NCBI GenBank assembly: GCA_951406725.2
Contig: OX597839.1
Coordinates: forward strand, 29,884,001-29,948,000
Source: Octopus vulgaris
Taxonomy: Eukaryota
DNA length: 64,000 nucleotides
Direction: 5' to 3'
Part shown: in pieces, positions 14,666-27,677 of the stretch
How the letters are laid out: every line of letters begins with the position of its first letter
How positions within the stretch are numbered: the first letter of the stretch is position 1
Made by a program: the position numbers and the translations under genes
The notes under the pieces: model-generated
Told to the model about the DNA's origin: nothing
Database searches by the model: none
What the model saw: only the letters and a program-made list of their open reading frames with translations

Positions 14666-15446
14666 TATACATACATACACTCAAATACACATAGATGCAA
14701 TGTATCAAGGCAAAATCAACCCTTAGGACAAAATCACCCCCAAAACAAAACCCTGAGGATAAATTCCCCCCCAGACAAAAATATCAACTAATAGATAGTT
14801 TAAATATTTTTAATAAAATTTCACTTTCCTAAAATATTTTTTATTATATAGAAAGAACAATATCCAAAGCGATATTAATTGACGGGGTATTTTAAGACAA
14901 ATAAGTACTTCCAGTCGATTCATTGAACTAAATATCCTTCAAGGTGATGCCCCAGCATGGCCGCAGTCATATCACAGAGACAAATAAAAGAATTGTTCAA
15001 CCACTGTCTATGTTTTAATAAATTAGATAAACAAGCGTGCGTATAATTTTCGACTTACTTTCGTATCAGAAAGAAATTAAGGCGGCGAGCTGGCAGAAAC
15101 GTTAGCACGCCGGGCGAAATGCGTGGCCGTATTTCGTCTGCTGTTACGTTCTGAATTCAAATTCCGCCGAGGTCGACTTTGCCTTTCATCCTTTCGAGGT
15201 CGATAAATTAAGTACCAGTTACGTACTGGAGTCGATATAATCGACTTAATCCGTCTGTCTGTCCTTGTTTGTCCCCTCTGTGTTTAGCTCCTTGTGGGCA
15301 CTTGATTCAAACCCACGTGAAGCCCAATGGTTGCGAACCAAACATGTTAACTACACAGCCATACCATTTTCTTCTTTGGTTTTGAAAAGCGATTTCTCTT
15401 TTATTTTCTTTTTGTTTGTTTGTTTTTTTATATTTTTGTCTTTCAG

Positions 15447-15650
15447 GAAATTTAGGTTTGTGTTTGAGGGTAGTTATAATACTTTGCATTTTAGGGCCCA
15501 GAAGCTGGAAACACCATTTTCTTTAGACAACGCCCCCTTAAGTCCAAATTCGTTGAGGGTGGGTTTTCTACCTGTTGACTTTGCCCTTAGCGCTCTCTCT
15601 ACGTGCCAGACGCTCCTCACTGAACTTGAACCTGAATCTTTAGCGCTGAG
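15447..15650 (+). CDS. Candidate internal coding exon, 204 nt, phase 2-2, unknown product
   Basis: Long U-rich tract plus TTTCAG acceptor, AG|GTAAGC donor, open frame KFRFVFEG...PESLAL. Phase-compatible with 8708-8772. Confidence 0.45.
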
Positions 15651-16666
15651 GTAAGCCACCTCCAATTACAATTATATTTTTCATCTTTGCTTTTATCTTT
15701 TACTTGTATCAGTCGCTAGACTACCGCCATGCTGGAGCACCACCTTGAAGAACATTTAGTCGAAAGAATCGACTCAGCACTTTTTTTTTCTTAAGCCTGG
15801 TACTTATTTTCTTGGTCTCTTTTGCCGAACTGCAATGTTACAGGAACGTAAACGCACCAACACCGGTTTTCAAGCGTGGTGGGGGACAAACATAGACACA
15901 AAGACATACACACATACTCTTTTACTCTTTTACTTGCTTCAGTCATTTGAGTGCGGCCATGCTGGAGCACCGCGTTAAATCGAGCAACTCGACCCCGGGA
16001 CTTATTCTTTTGTAAGCCCAGTACTTATTCTATCTGTCTCTTTTGCCGAATCGCTAGGTGACGGGGGCATAAACACACCAGCATCGGTTGTCAAGCAATG
16101 CTAGGGGGACAAACACAGACACACAAACATACACACACACATATATATATACATATATACGACGGGCTTCTTTCAGTTTCCGTCTACCAAATCCACTCAC
16201 AAGTCTTTGGTCGGCCCGGGGCTATAGTAGAAGACACTTGCCCAAAGTGCCACGCAGTGGGACTGAACTCGGAACCATGTGGTTGGTAAACAAGCTACTT
16301 GCCACACAGCCACTCCTAAATATATACGATGGGATTCTTCCAGTTTCCTTCTCCTAAATCCAGTCACAAGGCTTGGTCGTCAGCTTCTTACTCACGCTTT
16401 TATATTCAACCAGTAGGCTGTGGCCATGCCGTGGTACCTTTATATATATGGTCTGGAACCTGGTCGGTTACGACTATGAGCGTTCCAGTTGATCCAATCA
16501 ATGGAACAGCCTGCTCGTGAAGGTAACATGCAAGTGGCTAAGCACTGCACAGACACGCGTACCCTTAATGTAGTTCTCAGAGAGATGCAGGGTGACAAGG
16601 CTGGCTCTTTGATTTTCATATATATATATATATTTATCAAAAGAAAAACAGGATGCAAAGGATTTA

Positions 16667-16753
16667 GCGGTACATATGTTTCCGGCTTTATTAGACAGTT
16701 TATATCAATGCATAATTGATGTAATATGTATGTCAATAGCCTTCTTCAGTCGC
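16667..16753 (-). ncRNA. Type I hammerhead ribozyme motif with long stem II
   Basis: GCGA-CUGAAGA-AGGCU...AGCCG-GAAAC-AUAU-GUA-CCGC, with palindromic stem III ACAUAUGU. Mismatches next to the core. Confidence 0.55.
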
Positions 16754-16796
16754 GCACAATTACCACACCAAAGACATGTATTACATTATAAGTTTG

Positions 16797-17243
16797 GGAA
16801 GCAAATCCTCATAGTCGCATAGAGCAGAGTGAGACACCAAAACAAAAACAAAGCGTCCATACCTATTTCTTTATTACCCACAAGGGGCTAAACACAGAGG
16901 GGACAAACAAGGACAGACATAGGTATTAAGTCGATTACATCGACCCCAGTGCGTAACTGGTACTTGATTTATCGACCCCGAAAGGATGAAAGGCAAAGTC
17001 GACCTCGGCGGAATTCGAACTCACAATTCCGCCGAGGTCGACTTTGCCTTTCATCCTTTCAGAGTCGATAAATCAAGTACCAGTTACGCACTGGGGTCGA
17101 TGTAATCGACTTAATACCTATGTCTGTCCTTGTTTGTCCCCTGTATGTTTAGCCCCTTGTGGGTAATAAAGAAATAGGTATGGACGCTTTGTTTTTGTTT
17201 TGGTGTCTCACTCTGCTCTATGCGACTATGAGGATTTGCTTCC
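16797..17243. repeat. Near-perfect inverted repeat, 219-bp arms, 9-nt spacer, containing a family B SINE
   Basis: 16797-17015 versus 17025-17243, few mismatches. Confidence 0.9.
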
Positions 17244-18966
17244 ACTCGATATAGAATGAGGAGGTTGGACGTTGAGGTACAGAGGGAAGGAGTTGGAGGG
17301 GGGTGAATCTTTAATGAGTTTGGGATCGCAAAGAGGGAAAGTAGTAGATGCAAAGTGTAATAAAAGAGTAAAAATTAAAAAAATATAAAAGATATAAAAA
17401 ATATAAAAAGAATATAAGTATATAAATATACAAAGACGTGAAAAAGACATGGGAATATAAATAAATAAAGATAAAGAAGCGAAAGAATAAAGACGAAATA
17501 TAAGAACAAAAAATAAAAATAAAAAATAAAAATAAAATATAAAGGGGTAAAGAAACATAAAGGGGTAAAGAAATAAAAGGGTGGACGCAAAGATAAAGTA
17601 AGGTACAGAAAGGAATATATGCCAGTTAGTGAAACTTTAGGATGTATTGGTGAGTGTCATAAATTAAAACTTAATTGTCTGGGGATGGTCAGTATAAGTT
17701 GTCTGCTCCAAGCTGGTGTGTGGTTAAATAGTGTATCTGCTTTCTCATAAAATGTCTGGGACCGTATTATTATCAGTCAACATGTACACACATACATGCA
17801 TGCATATATATACTCACGCACACATATATACATACACCCGTGAGGAAGTACCGACAGGGATACACATATACATACATACCGCTACGCACAGATACCCAAA
17901 CCCGCACATAACTAAATACATATATACATATACACATACACACCTCTGCACATGTACCCGTATACATATAAATAAAAATACATAGACACACGTACATATA
18001 CCGAGCCCGCACATCTGCACACTTATATACGCATATGCGTACATACATATATATCTCAATATACACATACATGCAAGAAAAAGTGCATGCAGCTGGGTAG
18101 AAGAACCCACGCACATATGTACTTATATGCACACACGCACATGCACACATAAATAAGGAAGCATATCTCTATGCATATATGCATATACGCATATATGCAC
18201 ATATGCATATATACATGTACACTCACACATACACCCCCAAAAGAAACTAAGAAAATATATATATACCTGCACCCGTAGATAAACCCATAGACAATGAATA
18301 TATACATATGCGTACACATCCCTAGACCCACACATACATATACATATATATAATATATACACACACATACATATACACATATACACATATACACATATAC
18401 ATATATATATACTCATCCTTACACCCATATATACACATACACACATACACATATATATATGTGTATATATGCATACATATATACACATATGTATATGTGT
18501 ATATATGCATACATATACATATACAATGAAACCCATACATAAACAAACACATGCATACATCGACATGTATGTGTCCGTAGAGGTTCATTCAAGATCATGC
18601 GCACACACACCTGTTTATATACTTATATACGCACACGCCCTCATGCGTGCACGAGTACACATAAATACATATATACAGACACACCCAGATTCAAGAACAT
18701 AGGCATATGTACATAAATCCCCACATGCACAGAAACAGGTATACCCATTCCCATGTCTACGCACGTGCATATGTATCCCTGTGCACTCGGACAAGGAGGA
18801 ACTAGGAATGCGCATACAAGCATACATACACACATACCTACACACACGCAAACACATACAAACATATACATATACGTACCTACGCGCACATCCATACAAA
18901 CGTGTATATACGCCCACCACTACACGCACACTCATGGACATACTCATATGCACATATATGCTCATG

Positions 18967-19027
<61 letters not shown>

Positions 19028-19073
19028 AATATATATATATATAATATATATATATATAATATATATATATATA

Positions 19074-19206
19074 CTTTATTTAAAGCAGCAGAAAATTCAA
19101 CAAAACCTGTTACTCTGAGTTTCACGTTGCCGTTCATCGGACAGTTTTTGCAACGGGAAACTCAGAGTAACAGGTTTTGTTGAATTTTCTGCTGCTTTAA
19201 ATAAAG
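19074..19206. repeat. Inverted repeat with minimal hammerhead motif on the minus strand (19107-19144)
   Basis: Arms 19074-19130 and 19150-19206. Minus fold CUGU-CCGAUGA-ACG(GCAA)CGU-GAAAC-UCAGA-GUA-ACAG. Confidence 0.7.
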
Positions 19207-19275
19207 CATATTACTCTACCACTGGTATTTGAGTACTCTTTTTTCCACCTTGTTTCACATTTATGTGTTTACTCC

Positions 19276-19353
<78 letters not shown>

Positions 19354-19525
19354 TGTCTCGTATGATATCCTATATGCTATGTCATTTTCATTTCTAACAG
19401 TTAAAAAAAATTTTTTTCTAGGGAGTTGAGTACTAAAAATCCTTGTTGTGCTGGATTTGTGGGAAGTGTCGATGGCTGTAGAGGTGAGTTACTCTATATA
19501 TTAAGTATACATACATACATATTTA

Positions 19526-21213
19526 TCTATATTATGTTAAAACTCAAAGTTTGTCTGTCTGTTTTCCTGCCATATGATTCAGATGATAAAGATGACAAAT
19601 AAAATAGCCATTTCCTAAAACAAAAATAAAAGAAATTGAATTGAATATGTCGATACTTCACAGAGTCCCCGTAGCTACCCTTGGTTGTCCTTTATCCGTA
19701 CTTTCTGTTTTCTTCCCTTAATCATTTATACAACTTTCAGAGTCCCTATATTTTTTTATTCACGGGTACTTCTTTCTTCTTAAAGGGGAACATTACTATT
19801 TCATTTGAAATAGAATATTAATTTTTATCATCTTAATCAGAGAAACTACTGGGAAAGACTCAAGAGATTAAGACTCTATTCCTTAGAGCGTAGGCGAGAA
19901 AGATATGCCATAATATACATCTGGAAGATCCTAGAAGGACTTGTCCCAAACTTTGGCATCGAGAGTTACACAAATGCTAGAACTGGGCGCCACTGCATAG
20001 TGCCAAAGACTCCAAATTTGCCATCAAGTTGTAGGACAAGATACTGTGATAGCCTGGGTTTCAGAGGCCCACAGCTCTTCAATATCCTCCCGAAGGACCT
20101 GAGAGACCTGCATGGGGTGGATGCAGATGTCTCTAAAATAAAACTGGATCTCTTCCTGTCAGGTGTCCCAGATGAACTAACTTCACGACAGGAGGTGCAG
20201 AGAAGGGCAGCTGCATCGAACTCTCTCATGCACCGAATGGCAATTGCTAAAAAGCATTCGTGAAGTAAAATCATGTAGCAACACCAAATGGCGATGCCCC
20301 AGCATGGCCACAGCTCGTGAGCTGAAACTAGATAAAATAAAATAAAAAATAAATAAAATTATAAATGAAAGAAGTTGAATCTCATAAGAATGGAAAAACA
20401 ATCAACAAAAAATTGAATGTACCTTATAAAAATGCTCCACAATCGATATACCGCGGTAGACTGGTGCGCCTCGAGATTATCTTAGTTGTACCGCAGTGTA
20501 ATCTGAATACCATTTTCCCCTATACTTTTTAGTTATATTTTTATTTCAGATGTGCAACCGAATTTTGAAAAGAATATAAACGTACTGCAAATGAAATAAT
20601 TTGCGGAGCACTGCTTTATAATGAAACACTTTTAAGAGCATTCAAATGCCACTTCAACGTTGAAATCGTTGCCTTAATGAGATCAGTTAAATACGTCATA
20701 AAGTACACGTTTAAAAGGAATTGACCAAGCTGCTGGTCAAATAAACAATAAAAACGAAATTAGTCAATATATGATGGGTAGGTATATTGGACCATCGGAA
20801 GCAGTTGCATTCATTTTAGGATTTTTAATTCATGAAAGAGCACCTGATGTAGTGAAACTGCAAGTTCCTCTACCAGATGAACAAAGAATATCGCTCACAA
20901 ATAATAAGGACATGGCTGTCAATGAACGACATATGAGAACAATATTGACAATTCTTTTTATTATGCATCAATGATGACGGCAAAAACATTACTTTATGTT
21001 GAAGAACCCATGTATTTCACTTGGAACAGAAGTAACAAAGAATGGCAAAGAGGAAAAAGTGTTGGGGGCCATTTGAACGTTTTCAAAGAAGAAACACTTG
21101 ATTGAGTTTATGTTGTCTCATGAAGTTTGAAATAGTATTTTTTTCCTTTCCGCTGAGCATCGACATTTCAAACTTGGTATGGTTGTGATCCAACGGTTCA
21201 CGGATACATCTAG
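19526..21213 (+). mobile_element. Decayed Helitron with Rep-domain fragment
   Basis: A|TC start and CTAG|T end. 20640-21060 reads HFNVEI...KYVIKY...NEISQYMMGRYIGPSEA...VVKLQVPLPDEQ, Helitron RepHel-like, with stops. Confidence 0.7.
19845..20345 (+). mobile_element. CR1-like LINE 3' end nested in the Helitron
   Basis: [19 protein letters not shown]...GPQLFNILP. Same family as 38920-40174. Confidence 0.85.
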
Positions 21214-22259
21214 TACGTACATACATAAATTTAAGTCACAGTATATGGATTTATATCATCTGAACAAAAGCTCTTTAATGTATCATTCTACAAAATAGAA
21301 TATTCTTTTCGTGTTTACTCTAGACACAAGGCCCGAAATTGTAGGAGAGAGGGACAGTCGATTAGATCGACCCCAGTACGCAACTGGTACTTAATTTATC
21401 GACTCCGAAAGGATGAAAAGCAAAGTCGACGCAAGCGGAATTTGAAATCAAATTGTAAAGACACGAAATACCTATTTCTTTACTACCCACAAGGGGCTAA
21501 ACACAGAGGGGACGAACAAGGACAGACAAACGGTTTAAGTCGATTACATCGACCCCAGTGCGTAACTGGTACTTATTTAATCGGACCCGAAAAGATTAAA
21601 CGCAAAGTCGACCTCAGCGGAATTTGATCTCAGAACGTAAAGGCAGACGAAATACCACTAAGCATCTCGCCCGGGGTGCTAACGTTTCTGCTAGCTCGCC
21701 GCCTAAATAATTACGTCTATTTTAGGTACAAAGCCCTGAAATTCTGGGGGACTAGTCGATTACATCGACCTCAGTATTTCACTGGTACTTAATTTATCGA
21801 CCACGAAAGCATTGAAAGACAAGTCGACTCGACGGAATTTGAACTCAGAACGTAAAAGCGGACAAAATACTGCTAAGCATTTCGCCCGGTGTGCTAATGG
21901 TTCTGCCAACTCGCCGCCTTGGACGACCAAAATATTAATATGTTGAATGTATAAGTGCGTGTCTATGTATTATGTTTACTTGTATACGCAGGTAATATGT
22001 GTATACGTGTGTGTTTTGTGTATGCGTCTGAGTGTTACGTTGTATAGTATATCTGTATGTATTGCGTGTGTATTCTCCGTGTGTGTATATTATGTTTGCT
22101 GTTGTTATAGTTGTTCTTGTTATCGTTGCTGTCTTCTGGTCTTTGCCCTAACTTCCTCGCATCATTGTACCACTGCAATGGTGTGTTGTGTGTGAGTGTT
22201 ATCTTGTTTGCTGAATGTGTGTGCTGTATGTGTATTGTGTGAATGCATGTGTAATAAAA

Positions 22260-22590
22260 GGGTAAAGACACCCTCCGGTCATGAGTGACCATCGGACTGC
22301 AACAAGAATGTTACCCTCCGTGGTACAAGTCTGAGCAAGGTTGTTTACGAAACACCAGTACATAAAGTCACCCCTCTCCACGGCAACGATGTTATCCAAG
22401 GGAAAGGCAAAGGGGCCGATACAGCTTGGCACCTGTGAGGTCGCAACTTATTTCTAAAGACGAATGAACAGGACCAACGTAAGATAAAGTGTCTTGCTCA
22501 GGAACACAACACAGCCCAGTCCAGGAACTGAACTCACTACCGCATGATTGTGAGTCCGACGTTCTAACCACTGAGCTATGCACCTCTAAG
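22260..22590 (-). mobile_element. tRNA-derived SINE, family D
   Basis: Head GCTCAGTGGTTAGA...GAGTTC and TGAGCAAGACACTT core. Second copy ~30760-31067(-), related decayed copy ~52810-53110(+). Confidence 0.75.
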
Positions 22591-22928
22591 TTATGTTTTC
22601 TGCAGCCATTATTGTTGTTGTTATAACAATTGTTCATCGGCGGCGAGCTGGCAGAAACGTTAGCACGCCGGGCAAAATGCGTAGCCGTATTTCGTCTGCC
22701 GCTACGTTCTAAGTTCAAATTCCGCCTAGGTCGACTTTGCCTTTCATCCTTTCCGGGTCGATTAAATAAGTACCAGTTACTCACTGGGGTCGATGTAATC
22801 GACTTAATCCGTTTGTCTGTCCTCTGTGTTTAGCCCCTTGTGGGTAGTAAAGAAATAGATAATAGTTGCTCATGCGTCTGGCCTTCACTCCATCTCTTTC
22901 CCTTCATTGCATCATTTCATCATTTCAG

Positions 22929-23048
22929 ACGTTGATGAATGTGCAGAAAACAACGGCGGTTGCGGTGCGGTGTGCAACAATACCGCCGGAGGATATTTTT
23001 GTTCCTGCCAGGAAGGTTACGAATTACGAAACAGGACGCACTGCCGAG
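22929..23048 (+). CDS. Calcium-binding EGF exon 1 (DVDECAENNGGCGAVCNNTAGGYFCSCQEGYELRNRTHCR)
   Basis: TTTCAG acceptor, G|GTAAGT donor, 120 nt, phase 1-1, six Cys with cbEGF consensus. Confidence 0.92.
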
Positions 23049-23819
23049 GTAAGTCTTTTATTTCTTCTATGCACAGAGGTGGAAGAAGGCAACAGGGGCT
23101 ATTTATAAACTCCTAAACTTTTATGTTGAAGTTTTTCAGACTAAAATGTAGAGTTTCACTTTCTCACATGACACCTCTTCTTTTAATAACAGAAGGGACT
23201 TAAGCGGACGTTGTTTCTACATTAAACTGGTCATGTGACTACTCATGTGACTGGTAATGTGACTTTGGCTCGTGTGGGTTCTATTTTCAAATGCCTATAG
23301 GGAGTTTGTCGATAGATTTTTACTATAATATTGAACATATCATTGGGTTCCCTATTTTGAAACGTAGTATATAGTTCTTTAACAATGGGAAGTTTGTCAA
23401 CAGTAGTGATAATGTAGTCCCTATTTTTAAATGACAGTAAGGGAGTTTCTTGAAACTGATTAAACTAGTCAAGTGGCCCATATTTTCTAAATTACAACAA
23501 GGAATTTTTTAAGGAGAGATTTGTCTCTTACATTAAACAGATCATGTGGCCCCTATTCTTAAACGGCAGTAAGGGAGTTTGTTTAAGGTAGGTTTGTCTC
23601 ATAGATCAAAGAAATCATTGGGCCTGTAAGAGAACATTCCTGCGTCTATGTATATATATAGGCACAAGAATAGCTGTGTGGTACGAAGCTTGCTTCCCAA
23701 CCACATGGTTTTGGGTTCAGTCCTAGGGAGCAGCGTCTTGAGCAGATGTCTTCTACTAAATCCTGCGACTAAATTGTGGGTTGGTTCGGTAGACCGTAAC
23801 TGGAATAAACCCGTCGTAC

Positions 23820-23844
23820 GTGTGTGTGTGTGTGTGTGTTTTTT

Positions 23845-23878
<34 letters not shown>

Positions 23879-23968
23879 TGTGTGTGTGTATTTGTGTGTG
23901 TGTGTGTTTGTGTGTGTGTGTTTGTGTGTGTGTATTTGTGTGTGTGTGTGCGTTTGTGTGTATGTATT

Positions 23969-23999
<31 letters not shown>

Positions 24000-24013
24000 T
24001 TGTGTGTGTATGT

Positions 24014-24045
<32 letters not shown>

Positions 24046-24094
24046 TTGTGTGTGTGTGTTTGTGTGTGTGTGTTTGTGTGTGTATGTGTGTGAG

Positions 24095-24150
<56 letters not shown>

Positions 24151-24180
24151 TGTGTGTATGTGTGTGAGTGTGTGTATTTG

Positions 24181-24215
<35 letters not shown>

Positions 24216-24232
24216 GTTTGTGTGTGTGTGTT

Positions 24233-24311
<79 letters not shown>

Positions 24312-24371
24312 TTGTGTGTGTATGTGTGTGAGTGTGTGTATTTGTGTGTGTGTGTGTGTGTTTGTGTGTGA

Positions 24372-24457
<86 letters not shown>
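23820..24457. repeat. ~640-bp imperfect (TG)n expansion inside a family A SINE
   Basis: Direct reading. Confidence 0.95.
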
Positions 24458-24712
24458 ATTCGCCTATCACCGTTTGAGAACCGATGCTGGTGTGTTTACG
24501 TCTCGCTCACCTAGCGGTTCGGCCTAAAGCAAAAGATAGAAGTAAGTACTAGGCTTAAGAAATGTCTTGGGGTCGATTTGTTCAACTAAAAAGAAAACAA
24601 AATCTTCAAGGCAGTGCTCCAGCTTGACCGCAGTCATATGAATGAAACATTTAAAATAATAAAAGAATGTCAATGTACATTCTTCTTCTTCTTCTTCTTC
24701 TTCTTCTTGTAG

Positions 24713-24832
24713 ACACAGATGAATGCTACTACGACAATGGGAATTGTAACCAAAAGTGTAACAACAGCATGGGCACTTACAATTGTTACTGTGACCATGG
24801 TTACCAATTGATAAACGAAACCTATTGTGATG
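24713..24832 (+). CDS. Calcium-binding EGF exon 2 (DTDECYYDNGNCNQKCNNSMGTYNCYCDHGYQLINETYCD)
   Basis: (TCT)n-TGTAG acceptor, G|GTGAGT donor, 120 nt, phase 1-1. Confidence 0.92.
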
Positions 24833-25750
24833 GTGAGTCGTACAAACTCTTTGTTTTTGTTGCTATTTTTGTCTGGTGATGCTTGTTGATGTTGTTATTG
24901 TTACTATTGTTGGTAGTGTTTGTTTGTTGAGCGAAGCGGTCTTCGTCCCAGAGCTCGCAAGATCGCGCCTCTGGATTGTCTGTAGTGGGAGAAGTCCGGA
25001 ACGTGGTCCTTTGCTATTCGTAAGACACGCAGAAGAGAAAGCAGGTCAACCCCCGACTCACCGAGAGCATCGACGGATGGATGAATGCGTATCCAGGCTC
25101 AGCGGTTGCGTAGGAAGTCGGGGACAATAAACAGGAAGAAAGAGTGAGAGAAAGTTGGAGCGAAAGAGTACAACAGGGGTCGCCACCTCCCCTGCCGGAT
25201 CCAAGTGGAGCTTTAGGTGTTTTCGCTCAATAAACACATATAACACCCGGTCTGAGAATCGAAACCACGATCCTCCGACCGCGAGTCCGCTGCCCTAACG
25301 ATTGGGCCATGGCACCTCCACTACTACTGTTGTTGTTGCTGATGATGGTTCTTCCGGCAATTGTTCTTGCTGTTGTTTTTTTCTCATTATTATTCGAAAG
25401 CTATTAACATGGAAACTTAATTAGCAGTAATATTGTCTCGAGGCTTGGTGACAACAGGTCACCTCAAATCTCAAGAATCTCTCTCAGGATTCTTGCAAAA
25501 TATATAATGGTACTCGTCTGCAGACCGACGACACGAATCTCGATTCCAGTTTCTTTCAGTCTTTTCGGAAGCATTTTCGACGTTCAGCCAAGCGCACCAA
25601 ATTCCACATGAAGAATTATTTTCTTAGTTCTTCATCGTCTCTTCATATCTCAAGCCAATTCCTGATATTTCTAATTTTTCCCTATTTCTTTGATACTCAT
25701 TCTACTATCGCATGATATTGCAATGTTTACGATCTAACACTCTTTCTTTC

Positions 25751-26131
25751 ATATAGTGGTTGTATACTGTCAACTTAACGTGACAGTAAGGGAATTACAC
25801 CACCGCTGTTTAGCCCTAGGAAGCATCGACGCTTCATGTCGGCCTCGACACATTTCCTGTGTCCTTATATATTTACGAAGGGGACACAAATACCCCCAAC
25901 AGCTAGGCCAGGCTTTACCCATCATCGGTCTAGAGTAGCAGAGACCCTGAAACATGCGTGTCTCTAGATGCAGGCCTAGCTGTTGGGGGTATTTGTCTCC
26001 CCTTAATAAATATATAAGGACACAGGAAATGTGCCGAGGCCGACAGGAAGCGTCGATGCTTCCTAGGGCTAAACAGCGGTGGTGTAATTCCCTTACTGTC
26101 ACGTTAAGTTGACAGTATACAACCACTATAT
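25751..26131. mobile_element. Foldback/MITE-like element with ~159-bp inverted arms
   Basis: 25751-25909 versus 25973-26131, few mismatches, TA-rich termini. Confidence 0.8.
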
Positions 26132-26297
26132 CGCTCCACCAGTTTTTATGGGCAAGTCCAATAAAACGCTGTATTTTTTATTCTCTGCCAAAGCCTCTGG
26201 TTCGTTTCCATACCACATCTCTGTTATTTCGAAACCATACCCTCATCTAACATCCAAATGCATATTTTTGATTACACTACCTTTTTCTGTGCGAGCT

Positions 26298-26393
26298 TAC
26301 TCCGTTCTAGATACTCCGTACTAGATACTCCGTACTAGATACTCCGTTCTAGATACTCCGTACTAGGTACTCCGTACTAGATACTCCGTACTA
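26298..26393. repeat. 14-bp minisatellite (TACTCCGTACTAGA), about 7 copies
   Basis: Direct reading. Confidence 0.9.
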
Positions 26394-26498
26394 ACTTACT
26401 CTGCTATCTTACTAAAGAGATGCTTAACACTCTTGTTTTATTATCATTTTCATAATTATAATTGTTATCATCATCATCATCATCATCATTATTATTAC

Positions 26499-26587
<89 letters not shown>

Positions 26588-26588
<1 letters not shown>

Positions 26589-27031
26589 GTTTTTCCCTTC
26601 TTTCTTCAAATTTTCTTCCGTTCCTCGCCGAGTGTTTTCCATACACCTAGGGCAGAGAGGGGCATAGTATGCATTCCCAGATTACACTCGCAAATTCACA
26701 GATAAAATATGTATTTAAAAATTAATAAATAAATAAATTCATGGATGGATGTTATTTTCACAGCGATAGTGCTCTTAGTACATGAGCCGTTCCAGTTCAT
26801 ACGATTTTTTGCACTTCCTGTAGGGATGGTAAGCCTGGAATCATTTTCAAATAGGTTTCAGTACCTTTTTTTTAATAATTCCTAGAGATTCTACTGGTAC
26901 TGTAGTCGTCTTGAGATGCCACATTTTTTCAATTTCCATTAGCAGGTCTTTATATTTACTAATCTTGTCAAATTCTTTCGCCGCTATATTGTGATCACAG
27001 GGAATAATCATGTCAATCAATAAACACATCC
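26588..27031 (-). mobile_element. R4/Dong-like retrotransposon 3' end (restriction-like endonuclease fragment plus 3' UTR)
   Basis: LLIDMIIPCDHNIAAKEFDKISKYKDLLMEIEKMW...QKIV*TGTAHVLR. Flanked on both sides by (TAA)n. Confidence 0.8.
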
Positions 27032-27167
<136 letters not shown>

Positions 27168-27186
27168 TATTATTATTATTATTATT

Positions 27187-27296
<110 letters not shown>

Positions 27297-27452
27297 GTGT
27301 TTGACCCAGCGACCTCAAGAGACAACAAGTTGGAAGTTCATGTTGGTGTTATGCTTAGGGTGTCATATATTTGGTTTTGCGCGTTGTATTGATCTAGAGA
27401 ATGTTTAAAAAAAAACATAAGGAAATTGAGTTTGTTTTAAAATTTGAAATTA

Positions 27453-27516
<64 letters not shown>

Positions 27517-27542
27517 GTTATCATTATTGTTATTTCCTCTAG

Positions 27543-27662
27543 ACGTGAACGAGTGCCTGGACGGGAATGGTGGTTGCGGCCATTACTGCAACAATGTACC
27601 TGGGACTTATTCCTGCACTTGCATCAACGGTTACTCACTGCAGAATGAAACAGCATGCATCG
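27543..27662 (+). CDS. Calcium-binding EGF exon 3 (DVNECLDGNGGCGHYCNNVPGTYSCTCINGYSLQNETACI)
   Basis: TTTCCTCTAG acceptor, G|GTAAGA donor, 120 nt, phase 1-1. Confidence 0.92.
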
Positions 27663-27677
27663 GTAAGACATCAATAC

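Noticed and set aside
25270-25320. tRNA genes at SINE heads
   Set aside because: A/B boxes continue into multicopy SINE bodies, and no complete cloverleaf was found.
25756-26126. Twin ORFs MVVYCQLNV... on both strands
   Set aside because: A consequence of the inverted repeat, with no homology recognised.
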